Notes under the pieces: generated by a model
The model's database searches: none
Told to the model about the DNA's origin: nothing
Seen by the model: the letters and a program-made list of their open reading frames with translations, nothing else
Made by a program: the position numbers and the translations under genes
Assembly: GCA_010015585.1 (NCBI GenBank)
Contig: ML975160.1
From: Eremomyces bilateralis CBS 781.70
Lineage: Eukaryota
Length of the DNA stretch: 64,000 bases
Reading direction: 5' to 3' (one strand)
Shown: positions 35,718-48,495 of the stretch, one piece after another
Numbering within the stretch: the first letter of the stretch is position 1
How the letters are laid out: every line of letters starts with the position of its first letter

Positions 35718-36016
35718 TCTATCTCGCCGATACAGTCGTTGTTAAGCGTGATCGTCAGCGAATCTTAGTGTTCGAAAACTTTATTCTGTAGACCAACCCA
35801 AGTCGCCAGTGATGTCCGATGAAATTTCTTGTCACGTGAAAACGCGATGTCCCACTTTTGAGGGAAGTAGGAACGCGAAGATCAGATCGCGTCTGGTGCT
35901 GAGCACTGAGCTTCCGTTGATATCGTCGATATCGATGACTGGATTACATTTGCCATCGACCTGACCATTTACTGGCAGTCCCGTCTGTTCAGGCCGTTGT
36001 TCCAACCTTCTATGCA

Positions 36017-36645
36017 ATGTCTTCAGCTAAAAATACTACTCGAAAAGGTCCAGCACCTTTCAAACCGCCTTCAAGAGTGAGCGATGCCAGTAGATCCGCA
36101 AGAACTTCTACAAAGGCACCTGGACAAGGACAAGGACGCCAATCTCGCGACAGCAATGGGTTGCCTGGTTTCTCAAGTGCACGTTCGAGTTTAGCTCCCA
36201 TGGCCAGGAACACAAGTTTGCTGGATCTGGACATAGAGCTGGATGACGACGACGACGAAAACGAAGAGACCAACACACCGCAGCAAAACACGGCCGAGAC
36301 AACGGCCAGGGAGACACCGACAGGCCCTGTACACCTTGAAGGCGGTCCTCCTCCAATTCCACTGAAACTCCTTGCCAGACTCATCTACGAAGGCTTCGAG
36401 GATAAAAACATGAAGATTGGCAAGGAAGCTTTGACAACCACGTCGAAGTATATCGAGACATTCGTCAGAGAAGCCATGGCTAGAGCAGCGCAAGAGAGAA
36501 AGGACTCTGCCGAAGACGGCTTTGGTGGCGATGGGTTTCTGCAGGTAAGTTCTGGTTTTTCACCTGTTATGCCGTGGTACATTGCTGATCAAAACAGGTC
36601 GAAGATCTCGAGAAACTTGCGCCACAACTGCTACTTGACTTCTGA
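36017..36645 (+). CDS. MHF2: CENP-X / MHF2 histone-fold protein (2 exons)
   Basis: IPLKLLARLIYEGF..KYIETFVREAMARA..DGFLQ spliced (GTAAGT..GCTGAT..CAG) to VEDLEKLAPQLLLDF*. Confidence 0.88.
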
Positions 36646-37688
36646 ACTCTTTTCATTCCTTCCTAACAATGTGCAACGATTTACGACGACACGAGAACGC
36701 AAAGGCGTGTACGCACAATATTTCGTACAAATTCATCTTGATGGGAATACAGCCAGTTGTGCGACCCCCCACCAAGTCGCACAGTTCCTCCCAGGTGCCA
36801 TGACGGGCAGTGGTTATGTACAATACTCCATCCGTTACCTCTGATGAGGGGGCTCCTTGGTCTGGAGAGACCATCAAGGGATCTAAAGGTGCAGTCGGGC
36901 GTCGTGCCCGTCCCACGTCCTACACTGTGGAATTGGGCGACCGCCAGCTATTTTGCCCAATATTGAAGCGATACTGGAGCACTTGAGCCTATTGCTGGTT
37001 AAAATTAACGCATAAAGTCAGAATTCCAAAATAAGAAATTGGTTAAGCCTAAGTTAATCGCGAAATGATGGGTTGCTGCCAACAGACGGTCGGAGCCAGG
37101 GTCTTGAGGCTCAAACGCGGAGTCGCCCAGTTCCGACGCATATCAAACCGCAACCGCCGCACATCGCGCCATTCCACCTCCTTGACATCACCACACACCT
37201 GCTTCCTCCCACTCCAACGCATCTTTGGAACTAATCTTAGCAAGAATCTCCTCGATTTGGTTTCTAAATTAGAAAGGTACGGTTCGTCATCGTGTGGCTG
37301 AGTCCTGAAGACAAGCGACCCGCTCAACTGCTTCAGCCTGTGTTTCGATATCCTGATTTCAGCAATGTCTGAGGCATCCCCTTTTGTGATTCCGTCGCAG
37401 ATACTGCTAGTGAGTCTGGACTCCGTGAGTCTTTTGCTGGGCAATAGCACAGTGATCCAAACCTTGGTCCTCTGCAATCTCCGGTGTAGACATATAAAAC
37501 TTGGAATCGCCCTCGAAACATCGTTTCTGGCACTCACACAATTTGGCCTGTTGAACCTTTCCTATCAGCTTTCATTCCATCTTTTTGTATTTGTCCTTCT
37601 CTTGGTCATATCCATTCTCAAGCGCGAGTCGCTGTATTTTAATAACTTTCTACATTATCTTTATCCTTCGAGTCCATCTGCAATAATC

Positions 37689-38480
37689 ATGCATTTCTCG
37701 ACTCTTCTTACATCCACTCTCCTGCTGGCAGGAACCGCCCTAGGCCGCCGAACATATTTCAAACGGCAACAACAGAGCATGATGGTCCACGTTGTGCAGG
37801 CCGGAGGTGCAAATGGCGAACTCACCTTCTCCCCGAATGAGATCAAAGCCAATCCCGGCGACCTGGTGCAGTTCCAGTTCTGGCCAAAGGTAAACTCATT
37901 GCTCTTCGAGACGCCCATTTATCCTCCATACTAACCTTAGACAGAATCACTCGGTTGCCCAATCTAACTTTGCCAACCCATGCATCCCGCTTCAGCAGTC
38001 GGTACAGAACACCACCAGCGCCTTTTACTCGGGTTTCATGCCCACAACCGAACAAGGAAAGCTGGTGTATACCATCCCAGTCACGGATACCAAGCCCATC
38101 TGGTTTTACTGCTCTCAGGGAAAGCATTGCCAAGGCGGCATGGTTGGTGCTGTGAACCCGTAGGTTTCCTCCGTCGATCCCATGCGGTCCTCCACTAATT
38201 CGCACTTCACAGCCCTGCGACGGGAAATACTTTGGCCGCCTTCGTTGAGAAAGCCAAAGCTGCGCCTCAGAATGTGTCCCCTGGCCAGGCGTCTGGCGGC
38301 TCGACCGGCCAAGCCGGAGGTGCAGGAAGCACTGGACAGAGTCCTTCCGGCACGACCAACAATCCCACTCAGGCCGGCGGACCGCTTCAATCTACTGGTG
38401 CCGCGTCTACGGTGGACGCTCCATCCCGAGGCTTTCTCGGACTTGCACTTGCTGGTATCGGAGCATTCTTCCTCTTGTAG
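37689..38480 (+). CDS. Secreted single-cupredoxin-domain protein, probably GPI-anchored (3 exons)
   Basis: Signal peptide, ANPGDLVQFQFWPK/NHSVAQSNFANPC, WFYCSQGKHCQGGMVGAVN, Gly/Ser/Thr linker and hydrophobic C-terminus GFLGLALAGIGAFFLL. Confidence 0.88.
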
Positions 38481-40475
38481 AACGAGAACGCAATATTCTA
38501 TCTCGGGAGTCACATGCAAATCATCAAAGACGACGTCTCTCAGATTGTATATTTCGTCAACAGCAGATCAAAGTGGGATATATGACTGCAGTTGCGGCGT
38601 TTATGTTGGTAGGATTCAGTCATTAGCCTAGGTCATCTTGGACCTGACTACGTGTAATTTAGTCGCAATATCCCCTGTGGCTCATTGGGTCCAGATGGAC
38701 TCCCGTGCTGCCCGAAAAATGGAAATACATTTCAGAGTGTCTTCAGTGTTTGGTGGTGACTACTCACAGCCTCCTACGGCGAGGCGAATGATGAATCACT
38801 TTCATTTCGATTTCGATGTGGTGCCCTACCGTATCAATATCACTCCGGTTGCTTGGAGCGTGGTGTATTACAGACAGTACTCGGAATAATTCATATCCGG
38901 ATTGGATTCGGAACACCTTGTCCGCATTCCTTTTAAGGATATCCTAGGACCCATGTCCAATCGCACCAACGAAGGCGAAGATAGTAATGCCGGTGCTACT
39001 AGAATTAGGCTCCGAAACCCCTAAGATTATACTACATCACTATTGGTTTGTATTCCGTAGCTCAACCTTCAGTCCTAATCGCCCTCGATTTTAAGCCACA
39101 GAGAGACTTCATTCCTTGAGAAGTACGGATAGAGCCTTCGTGATTTTATTTATCGGTTCCCAGTACCCACGATGATCTTTCTATTGTAGGCCATGGTGAG
39201 ATTGTTACCTCGTCTTGGAGATCCAATCGCACATCATGTAGTCAACCGAAACCGCGGCAGGAATCGTGATGGAGAAGCACGCGGGGGGTGCAGCCGTGCA
39301 GGTGGATACAGGCGGGATATCGCATTCGGATTCGGGACAGCAGTAACCGTGACCAACTTAACAATGTCTACTTAGAAGTCAATCTTACGTTACGCGCCCT
39401 AGCGATGTTTCTTTGCATCTTTTCTCGGTATCATACTTCATAAACACCAGAAGGATCTTGTTGACCATCCGATATAGTGCGTCCGTCGTCTCCAGCTTCG
39501 AATACCTGTGACGTCAACTTCGGTTGTCCACCATATACGGTAAACGGAGGTGGTTGAGCGATGTGGCCGGTTCACGATACTCGATCTGAGTATACAAATA
39601 TTCATCATATATGATACTGTAGCTAACCAAGAATTATCCTGTCACCGTTGAGGAAACTAAATCTGGTTACCCCCTCCACGCCCCACGATCCCGAATACGT
39701 GCTGCATATTTAGCCCTCAACCTGTCGGCATGGGATTCCACGTTCTAGCAATCAGGTTGTGAAGCCATGCACCAAATATTTTGTGCAGCCTACCCTTCCA
39801 GCCTACTAACGGCGTCGGCTAAGATCCGACCCCATTGGCGTGCTCGGCTGTGTCCTCCTACCTGGTTTGTGGGCCGACTGTGCCCTTTGTTCATGGATGA
39901 TGGATGCTATTGCGGATATTCGTCATTCGATGTGTTAAACGGATAGCCGCGATCCATCCCTAGTATCCTTAGCTACCGTAACGTCAAAGTAAGCCGCCTT
40001 AATAGCTTCCGCCGTTGCTTTAACCGGATTTTGATCGGACATCAACGTCCGTAGCCTGAATGAGCATACGATGGTGCTCCGACCGATTTCACTATCCATG
40101 AGCCAAGAGAGACACCAGTCAAGGGAACAATATTCTGTGCTATTATCCTGGCCACAAAGAGATTTGGGATCGTCTACCAGGTAATTCGAAATTGATCGCT
40201 AAGACCTCAATTACACGGATGACGGCCCAGACTTCTGTATTCGGTTAGTTGTATCTTTCCAATCTGCAGCATCTCACCAGAATCAACAGCCAAAACAATC
40301 ACCAAGGCCAACACAACATGACAAACTTCTGTCCGGCCTTGTGCAATTCGCAAGGGTAATAGTGGGACTGACAGGATCCCTAACCGAATATAAAGTCAGC
40401 CATCCTTCCGCCATGAAATGCCGATGCCATCAGTGTTCCGTTCGGAGTTTGCTCCAGGATCACACCGAAGGTACA

Positions 40476-43323
40476 ATGACCGGAACAGTACAAACATACG
40501 AGCTTTCGAAAGGCTGGGAGTTCAAGCAGACATCTGATACTGTAGACTCTCAATGGCTACCTGTTGAGCGAGTCCCAACCAATGTCCACTTGGATCTCAT
40601 AGCCCATGAGAAGTAAGTATCTTTCTCTGGGGGATGATTTAGTCACTGACCGTCAAATAAATAGGATCCCAGACCCTTTCATTGGTTTCAATGAATTGTC
40701 TTGTGAATGGGTCAATGACGCATCATGGACATACAGGACTTCGATACCGAAGATAGAGCCCCTCAAAAAAGGGGCCACGGCATGTCTTGCATTCGATGGC
40801 CTGGACACCTTTGCAACAGTAAAACTGAACGGCAATGTCCTTCTCAAATCGGACAACATGTTCATCCCTCATCGTTTGGATGTGACGAAGCAGATTCAGC
40901 ATGGAACTGAGAACATTCTTGAGATTGATTTTGAACCAGCGATGGTGAAAGCACAAGAAATCAAAGCAAAATATCCAGAACACAAGTGGGTGGGGTTCAA
41001 CGGTGATATGGCCCGTCTAGCGGTCAGAAAAGCGCAGTACCACTGGTAGGTCTTGAAATCTAAAGAAATCTCAGATGCTTACTACAGTTCAGGGGTTGGG
41101 ACTGGGGCCCAATGCTCTCACCATGCGGGCCTTGGAGACCGGTCCGCCTGGAGCTGTACGAGTCCCGTATTTCAAGCTTGAGAATCGACTATGACTTTCC
41201 GGAATCCTTGGGCGAAGTCCGCGGTACGGTGTCTGCACCAATCGAAGGCCTAAAAGGCGACAGGGTCAACTTCAAGATCAGAATCAGGGATAGTACAGTC
41301 ATCACCATCGACGCTATTGTTGATGAGCAACGTAACGCAAAGCAAGAGTTCTCTATACCAAACGTTCTGCTATGGTATCCTCATGGCTATGGCGATCAGC
41401 CTTTATATGATGTGGAGGCCACTTTGTACGAAGGAGACGATGTCATCCACTCAACCAAGAAAAGAACAGCATTCCGAAAGGCAGAACTCGTCCAGCAGCC
41501 AGATGACATTGGAAAGAGCTTCTTCTTCAGGATCAATGGCGTGGATGTGTTCTGTGGCGGATCGAATTGGATTCCTGCGGACAGCTTCACCCCTAGGATA
41601 TCGGAACACCGATACAGAAAGTGGTTGTCAATGATGGTCCGCGGATACCAAACGATGATTAGGTGCGTGGCAAAGGACCTAGTATTTCAGTGTCTAATCG
41701 TGGTATAGGATCTGGGGTGGGGGCATATGGGAAGAAGATATCTTCTACGATATATGCGACGAACTCGGGATCTTGATCTGGCACGACTTCATGTTTGCCT
41801 GTGGTAATTACCCTGCCTTCCCAGAGATTTGCGAATCCATCAGGGTAGAATGCGCAGAGAACCTAACCAGGTTACGGCACCATCCGTCCATTGTCCTCTA
41901 TGCTGGGAACAATGAGGACTATCAGGTCCAGGAGCAGTTCCATTTGACCTATCAGTTCGAAGATAAAGATCCGGAAAGCTGGCTGAAGACTGATTTCCCG
42001 GCCCGATATATATACGAAAAGGTGTGTCTGCTGACAGAAATGGCCAAACTTTGCATCTCCCTAATGCTCGCGATGTTGAATAGATCCTCCCCGAAGTTGT
42101 GGAGGACAAGTGTCCTCATATCGCATACCACCCAGGAAGTCCATGGGGTGATGGGTTGCCGACGTTTGATACGACCGTTGGCGACATGCATCAGTGGAAC
42201 GGTGAGGGATGAGAGGTTCCCACAAATTTCGCTTGGATATACTAATATCTTCATAGTATGGCATGGCACACAAGAGAAGTATCAGATATTTGACAAGCTT
42301 GGTGGCCGCTTTAACAGCGAATTCGGCATGGAGGCATTTCCCCATATCGAGACAATCAAGTACTATTGCAGAGATGAATCCGAACTTTACCCACAGTCAC
42401 ACACCTTGGACTTCCACAACAAGGCCGATGGTCACGAACGACGGATTGCCACATACCTTGTCGAGAATTTTCGCACCAGGACTGATCTCGAGGTACGATT
42501 GTGCATGGAATAGCAAAGTCTGACGATGCATATGACTGACATGTCTTAGGGCTTCATCCATCTCACACAGCTCTCACAAGCAGAAGCTTTGATGTTTGGC
42601 TACCGAGGCTGGCGACAACAATGGGGCAAGAAACGCTTCTGTGGGGGAGCATTGGTATGGCAACTGAATGATTGCTGGCCGGTGACCTCGTGGTCAATTG
42701 GGGACTACTTCGTGCGGATGAAACCAGCATATTATGCGATGAGACGAGTTCTGGCTCCAATCGCCGTGGCAGTGAAGCGTGCTCACCACGACTGGAGCGT
42801 AGTGCATGCGAGGCCGGCCAAAACCAGCGACTATGAACTGTGGGTAGCTAGCAGTCTACCGAATGCCACGGCCGCGACTGTGGAGCTACGTTTCATCTCA
42901 ATTGCGACTGGCAAAGACATCAAACCGGCCGTTGTGAAAGAAGTCGAAGTGGTCCCGAACGGGACGACTGATATTCTAACAGGGACTATCGACAATACCG
43001 AGGAAGAACCACACGTTTTGGCCGCTCGAATCCGCATCGATGGACAAATCGTCTCGCGAGACGTGGACTGGCCTCAACCACTAAAGTACCTTGATTTCGC
43101 AGACCGGGGAGTCGAGGTGAGCGAAACGATATCTGAATCTTCACGACTGTTGAGCGTCCGAGCACAGAGGCCCACCAAAGGCCTGGTTTTCGAAGAACGG
43201 GAGGGCGTTCTTGTCGAAGACAGCGCAATCGATCTGGTACCAGGGGACGAACAGGCCATTCGAGTATCTGGAATCAACGAAGATGATCCCCCGCTGCGGT
43301 GGCGTTACCTTGGAGAACCGTAA
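40476..43323 (+). CDS. GH2 beta-mannosidase, MndB-like (no signal peptide), multi-exon
   Basis: VHLDL..IPDPF, FDGLDTFA, RKAQYHWGWDWGP, FCGGSNWIPAD, RIWGGG, WHDFMFAC, acid/base GNNED, nucleophile FNSEFG, VWQLNDCWP. Confidence 0.93.
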
Positions 43324-45269
43324 CATGTGCTCCTGGTACTGAGCCCAGACGTGGATCAGTGCTCAGAAGTGCATATTCCGCAGGCCGGCTAATCATGCTC
43401 CTGCATCCTGCTGTGACGCACGTCCAGGCCATCGCACTTGGATCGATGTCGCTAGATTGGATTTTTCACTCTTTGACCGCAACACTTTCAAGAGAAGTTC
43501 TGCTCGGCTTGAGTTAATAATCAGCATTTGACACACCGATAGTTTTCTGTTCATTTAGGCCCTTTCGAATCCGATCCACAAGACTAGAACGGATAATTCA
43601 TATACTGTTTTCCCGAAATCAATCTATAAGGTCCTTTCCCTTCGCTCTTGCAATGCTCGACCAAATTGAGTTCCCCAAGGCTTTTGAGGAATGGAAATCG
43701 TAACCGGGCGTTGCTCGAGCAATGCCAGTCGGCCCCACGAGATGGTCAATTAATCTCAGCAACATGTCCTCTGGAACCTGTGCAATCAAATCGAAGGCAT
43801 GGATAGTCTCTTGCGCGGCGCAGCTCAAGAGAAGTCATCTGTTTCACGGTTTTCCATATAGATGGAGTAGATATGAAACCAATATGTCCTGCGTAGGTGG
43901 AAGACCGAATCTTCATCAACTTCAATCTAGGGATTTTATGGAGCATCCCTGCAATCCATCTCATCACCAACGGCAGAACTCCTGGTGGTTCCAATTGAGT
44001 GCTGATGCCAGGCGTTCCTGGATTCCATCGTCTGTGAACAGAGTCGATCAAACCAGTGTCAATTGTTGACTCATGAGCGGCAGTTGGACGGGCTTGGACC
44101 CGGATGAGCGTCTTAAAGCCTAGCCACTTTATTTTGCTATGTAGGGCCTCAAAGCTTCGGAATACCGGGAAGACTTAATTACTAAATCTTTGCATGAACT
44201 TTCCATCGACCGTAGCGCACAGTTCAATACCTGAACCAGATCTCTTCACTTCGTTTCAGAGTTCAGACCAATCATACAGAGCGTACAGGTTACGAGTCGG
44301 ACAGTCAGTCCTAACTCCCTACTATAGTGATGTTGGGGATGTGCACAGGCACCATCGCGATGGCGGCTAAATTAACTTTTGCTGCACGTGGGTCCTCCTA
44401 GCACGCCGAAACTACCGTCTTCTCTAAGCTACTTCTGCAGCCCTTCTGGAACAAACCCCGATCTTCTCTGCCCCGGAACTCGGAAGGCGTTATCATTCAA
44501 CGCCACCAGCCGTCAGAGTGCTAGGGGGCAGTGGACAACTCGACATGTCTCAAAGTATCCTTAACGAATATGAATGAACATGAGGCAGCTCAGCAAGTAC
44601 ATATTACCCCGCTTGAGCCGAACCACTCCGAATGAGGGCGGGTTTGTGGGGGAGGTTGTGGGGAGGTTGTTATTGGTGGCCATCGGTTACCCTGACTGTG
44701 CCCTGATTTCTGATTCCGACTTCCGGCTGTGAGTTGCGGGTTGTGACCTTAGGGCTTGCAGCCTTGATCAAACAGGGCGGATCTCAGCCCCGACACATCC
44801 CCATTCCTAATGAAACGCCCTAGTCATGGGGTCAATGTTCAAATGTTCGTCCACTTGACCTGACAGTCTGGCGCCGACATTGGCACCCTGCACCTCCCCA
44901 AGAGCCTAGCCGCCTAGGCGTCTGGGGATATGCCAGGCTATTGCCAGCAACCCTTCCGTATTAACTCAATGGGAAACATGGGTTATGGCTGATTCTCGGG
45001 AAACTTAGACCTATTCCAAGGGGTTGCAACCTGTTGATGGGAATAACAGGGCTTGGGGAAAGAATTATGATATAGCTGCGAATCTGGGGTGCATCTTGAA
45101 TCTCGATGATGCATCTCGGATGTCTCCTTGTTAACTTCCAAAAGCTGTCTCGACCTTATGTCGTTGGACCTCGCAACGCCACAGAATATGTGTCTGGTTT
45201 GCAAGTCGCCAACGGTACTGTTATACGAATGAGTCGATTATCCGACGTACGCGTCGTGAGCTAGGGCTC

Positions 45270-48006
45270 ATGTATCACGTCTTTCAAACCTCTTCAGTCG
45301 CTCGGGGTCCAGGATCCGGCGAGCTTACGGATGGATTGAAGACGACGCGACCAACCGGTTCACGAAGGATATCAACCAGCAACGCTTGCGTTGAATGTCG
45401 AAGAAGAAAGATTCGGTGCGATGGCACCAAACCATGCAGTCAATGCCAGTGGTATCAGCATCCGGGGGCTTGTAGCTACTCCAAGCCCACGCAGCGAGTG
45501 GTGCCCTCACGAAAGTATGACCAGCCCAATACTTTTCTCCGGCGATGTCTGACATGCGACACAGGTTGGTCGAGAAGCTGTCATCGACGATCGACCAATA
45601 TCAAACGGTGATATCACGGCTATTCCCTTCAAAAACGATCGAGTCGTTGTCGTCCTTGCCCCGCGAAGACCTTTTGTCCCTTGCATTATCTCTTCCAACA
45701 TCATCCACCTCATCCCCAGCCACGGGCGAGCCGCACAACCAGCGAATACAGACGCAGAGCAGGTCCGACGGAACGGACAGCCTGGATACCTTGGAACAAG
45801 CAGCGGACCACGATGGCGAAGACCTAATCAAGTCCATTGAGCCCATAACGAAGCTCCAGAGCATATCGGATGATGTCAACGGCCTGTCCATGTCGGACCG
45901 ACATTCGTCATACGTGGGCATCTCATCTATCACTGCGGCAATGAAGGTGATTATGAAAACCGCCCCAAACGCTCGAATATTCACGACTCTTGTCTCTACC
46001 GACACAGCTCAGCCGAGTAGGGCAAGCTCTCCGCCCCTAGAGACTGATGACCTGAACGGCTTACCACCACTGGCGGAGGGCCAGCGATTGCTAGCCAGCT
46101 ACTTCGAACATGTTCACCCGTTCTTCCCGATGCTTGATGAGAAAGCTTTCAGGAAGACCTATATGCTCCACGAGCGATCTGATGGGTCATGGATGGGTCT
46201 ACTCAATATGGTCTTCGCTCTCGGGTCGCTCGCTGCTGGTACATCCGAAAATGTGGCACACCTCAACTATTTTCGACGCACGAGAGAGTATCTCAACATG
46301 GAACACATGTTGCCAGGCAGCTTCGAGCGGCTCCAAACTCTAGGCATGATGGGCGGCTATTACGTGCACTATTTAAACCGACCGAACGAGGCACACGCCA
46401 TCCTGCAGGCTGCTCTCAGCATAGCATGCTCGCTAGGACTGCATCGCGAGTACCCCGGAGAGAGGCCCACCAGCACGGCGAACGGCGCCGATGGGAGCAA
46501 TATACCAGTACATCAAGGCAGTAAAGTGGATTCACGCCTCGCAGAGATGAGACGCAGGGCTTGGTGGAGCTTGTACTGTTTAGAAGCCTGGGCGACAACG
46601 ACGTCCGGCCGACCGTCTATAGGAACAAGCCCTGCGATTACTGTTCGCGAGCCCGGGGAGGCTCCGCACCAGGTACTTTTTCGTTTCCAGACCCCAGCAC
46701 TATCCATTACTGACCGTGGAACAGACACTCGACCCCAATGACCCGGAATCCCTAAAGACGCTTCCGCTGATTCACAACGCCCCCTTTTGCAAGATTAGTC
46801 TCAAGATCCAGGATCGTCTCGCCACGACTCCTCTTCTTCCGTTCGAAGAGCTACTACAATTTGACCAAGATCTCGTGCGCTGGTACGAGGAGCTTCCATC
46901 GATGCTCACAACAGATAAAGAGGAAACAATACCCTCATACCTGCGGACGCCACGAACTGTAATGAACTGGAGGTTTCAGAACCTCCGAATCGTCCTCCAC
47001 CGCCCGTTCTTATTATCAACGGCGTTGAAACGAACGTCGCCAGCAAATATGACCGCGGAGGAAAAGATAGCCGTGAAAAAATGTAGGCAGGCTGCAGAAC
47101 AGACGATCGAGGATATCAGCGCTGGGATTAAGGAAGAGCTCATATCGGGCTGGAATGGTGTTGTACGTTCCCAAACCTGCCGGCTTCTTGTCATTGTCCA
47201 TCTTGCTAACGCTCCCGACACAGTGGCTAGCCTATCAGGCGGCTTTTGTCCCTTTGATTTCCTTGTTCACGGACGATGCGCCGGTAGAGGAAAAGCAGAA
47301 GTGGCATGCGTCCATCGCCACTGCGCTCTCTATATTTGAACGTATGAAGCATTACTCAGTGGCGGCGAAAAATTCCTTCTTCACCATTAGTGGGCTTCTC
47401 GAAGCCGCCAAAGCCACAATCGAGCAGCGCGAGGCAGAAAAGCACCAAAAGGCCGCCCAGCAGAAGGTCAACGAAGATCCTCAGCGTCAATCCCAGGCTC
47501 GAGGGAAGAACCGACTGGGGAAAATCCGCACGGAAAGTCAGGATAGCGGCGACTATTACCTCTCTACAAGTGGCACATCTGCCGATGGCTCGATGAGCCC
47601 ACACGATCTGTCTCTAGCGAGATCCGTGAAATCCGTCAAGCTCGAGCCGCGGCCTCCTGAGCCACTAGCTCTGGCGCCTGAGTACCATGAAGGCGGCGCA
47701 CGGCTTCAGAGATTCATCCAAGCCAACCAGATGCAGCCCAACATAAACGGGGCACAGATGCGACCGAATTTGATGTCGAACGTGATGATGCAAGCGCCGC
47801 TGGCCGGCCGGCATCACCAGCCGATGCAGGGCCAGCCCATTGACTATTCCGATTCGATCGACATGTCCTTTAACGGAGTGTGGGATAATATGATGTGGGA
47901 CACGGCGGTTCCGATGGCCGAGGATGCGTTTGGTCTCACGGACTTTGAATGGGAGAATGACGAACAGAATCAAACGCTGGGTTCTTGGGGTTGGCCAACA
48001 ACATGA
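45270..48006 (+). CDS. Zn(II)2Cys6 transcription factor with fungal TF middle domain, Clr-2/ClrB/ManR-like
   Basis: ACVECRRRKIRCDGTKPCSQCQWYQHPGAC, SDDVNGLS..SSYVGISS, YFEHVHPFFP, LNMVFALGS, HYLNRPN, SLGLHRE, RRRAWWSLYC, WRFQNLRI, GWNGVW. Zn2Cys6 class is secure; the subfamily call is from recalled similarity. Confidence 0.85.
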
Positions 48007-48495
48007 CATTACGAGGGATAATTGGCTGGTGTTCGGTTCTTTTTAGTTAATTTCACCAATACCCCATATTGCTGGTGTAGTAGGTTAGAGAAGGAGTCTA
48101 GTTTGTAGTATTCGAGATCGCGCTACGAAGCAGGACGTACATAGTTTGGGCGATGACGAGGTAAAAAATGAGCAGCCCCAGATGATTTGGGGTAAATGAA
48201 CATTCTCCAACGGTCCATGATTTGCACCGCACACCTTGATACAAGTTGATGTGAAGTTTTAACTGCTGGTGCTCGACCAGGAGAGCGATTCGGATAGGGA
48301 TAAGTTTCTGCCTTAAATCACAAGGCTGAGGCACCAATTCTGATACTCAACTCAACTCGTCCGCTGCTTCATCAAGCTGTTCAGAACGATTGAAGTATCG
48401 ATCATTACACGTCTGCAAGCAGAAGACGCGGCATCTCCTGCCTTCACAATGCGGCTGCGAAGAAGTCGTACAGCGATAAGCTGGAAATTGTTAAG

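Noticed and set aside
36600..36844. C-terminal part of the 275-aa ORF at 36017
   Set aside because: Read-through of an intron; the spliced form gives the conserved CENP-X end LAPQLLLDF at 36645.
43619..44069. Overlapping short ORFs between the mannosidase and the transcription factor
   Set aside because: No family motif, mostly non-ATG starts; cannot support a gene or pseudogene.
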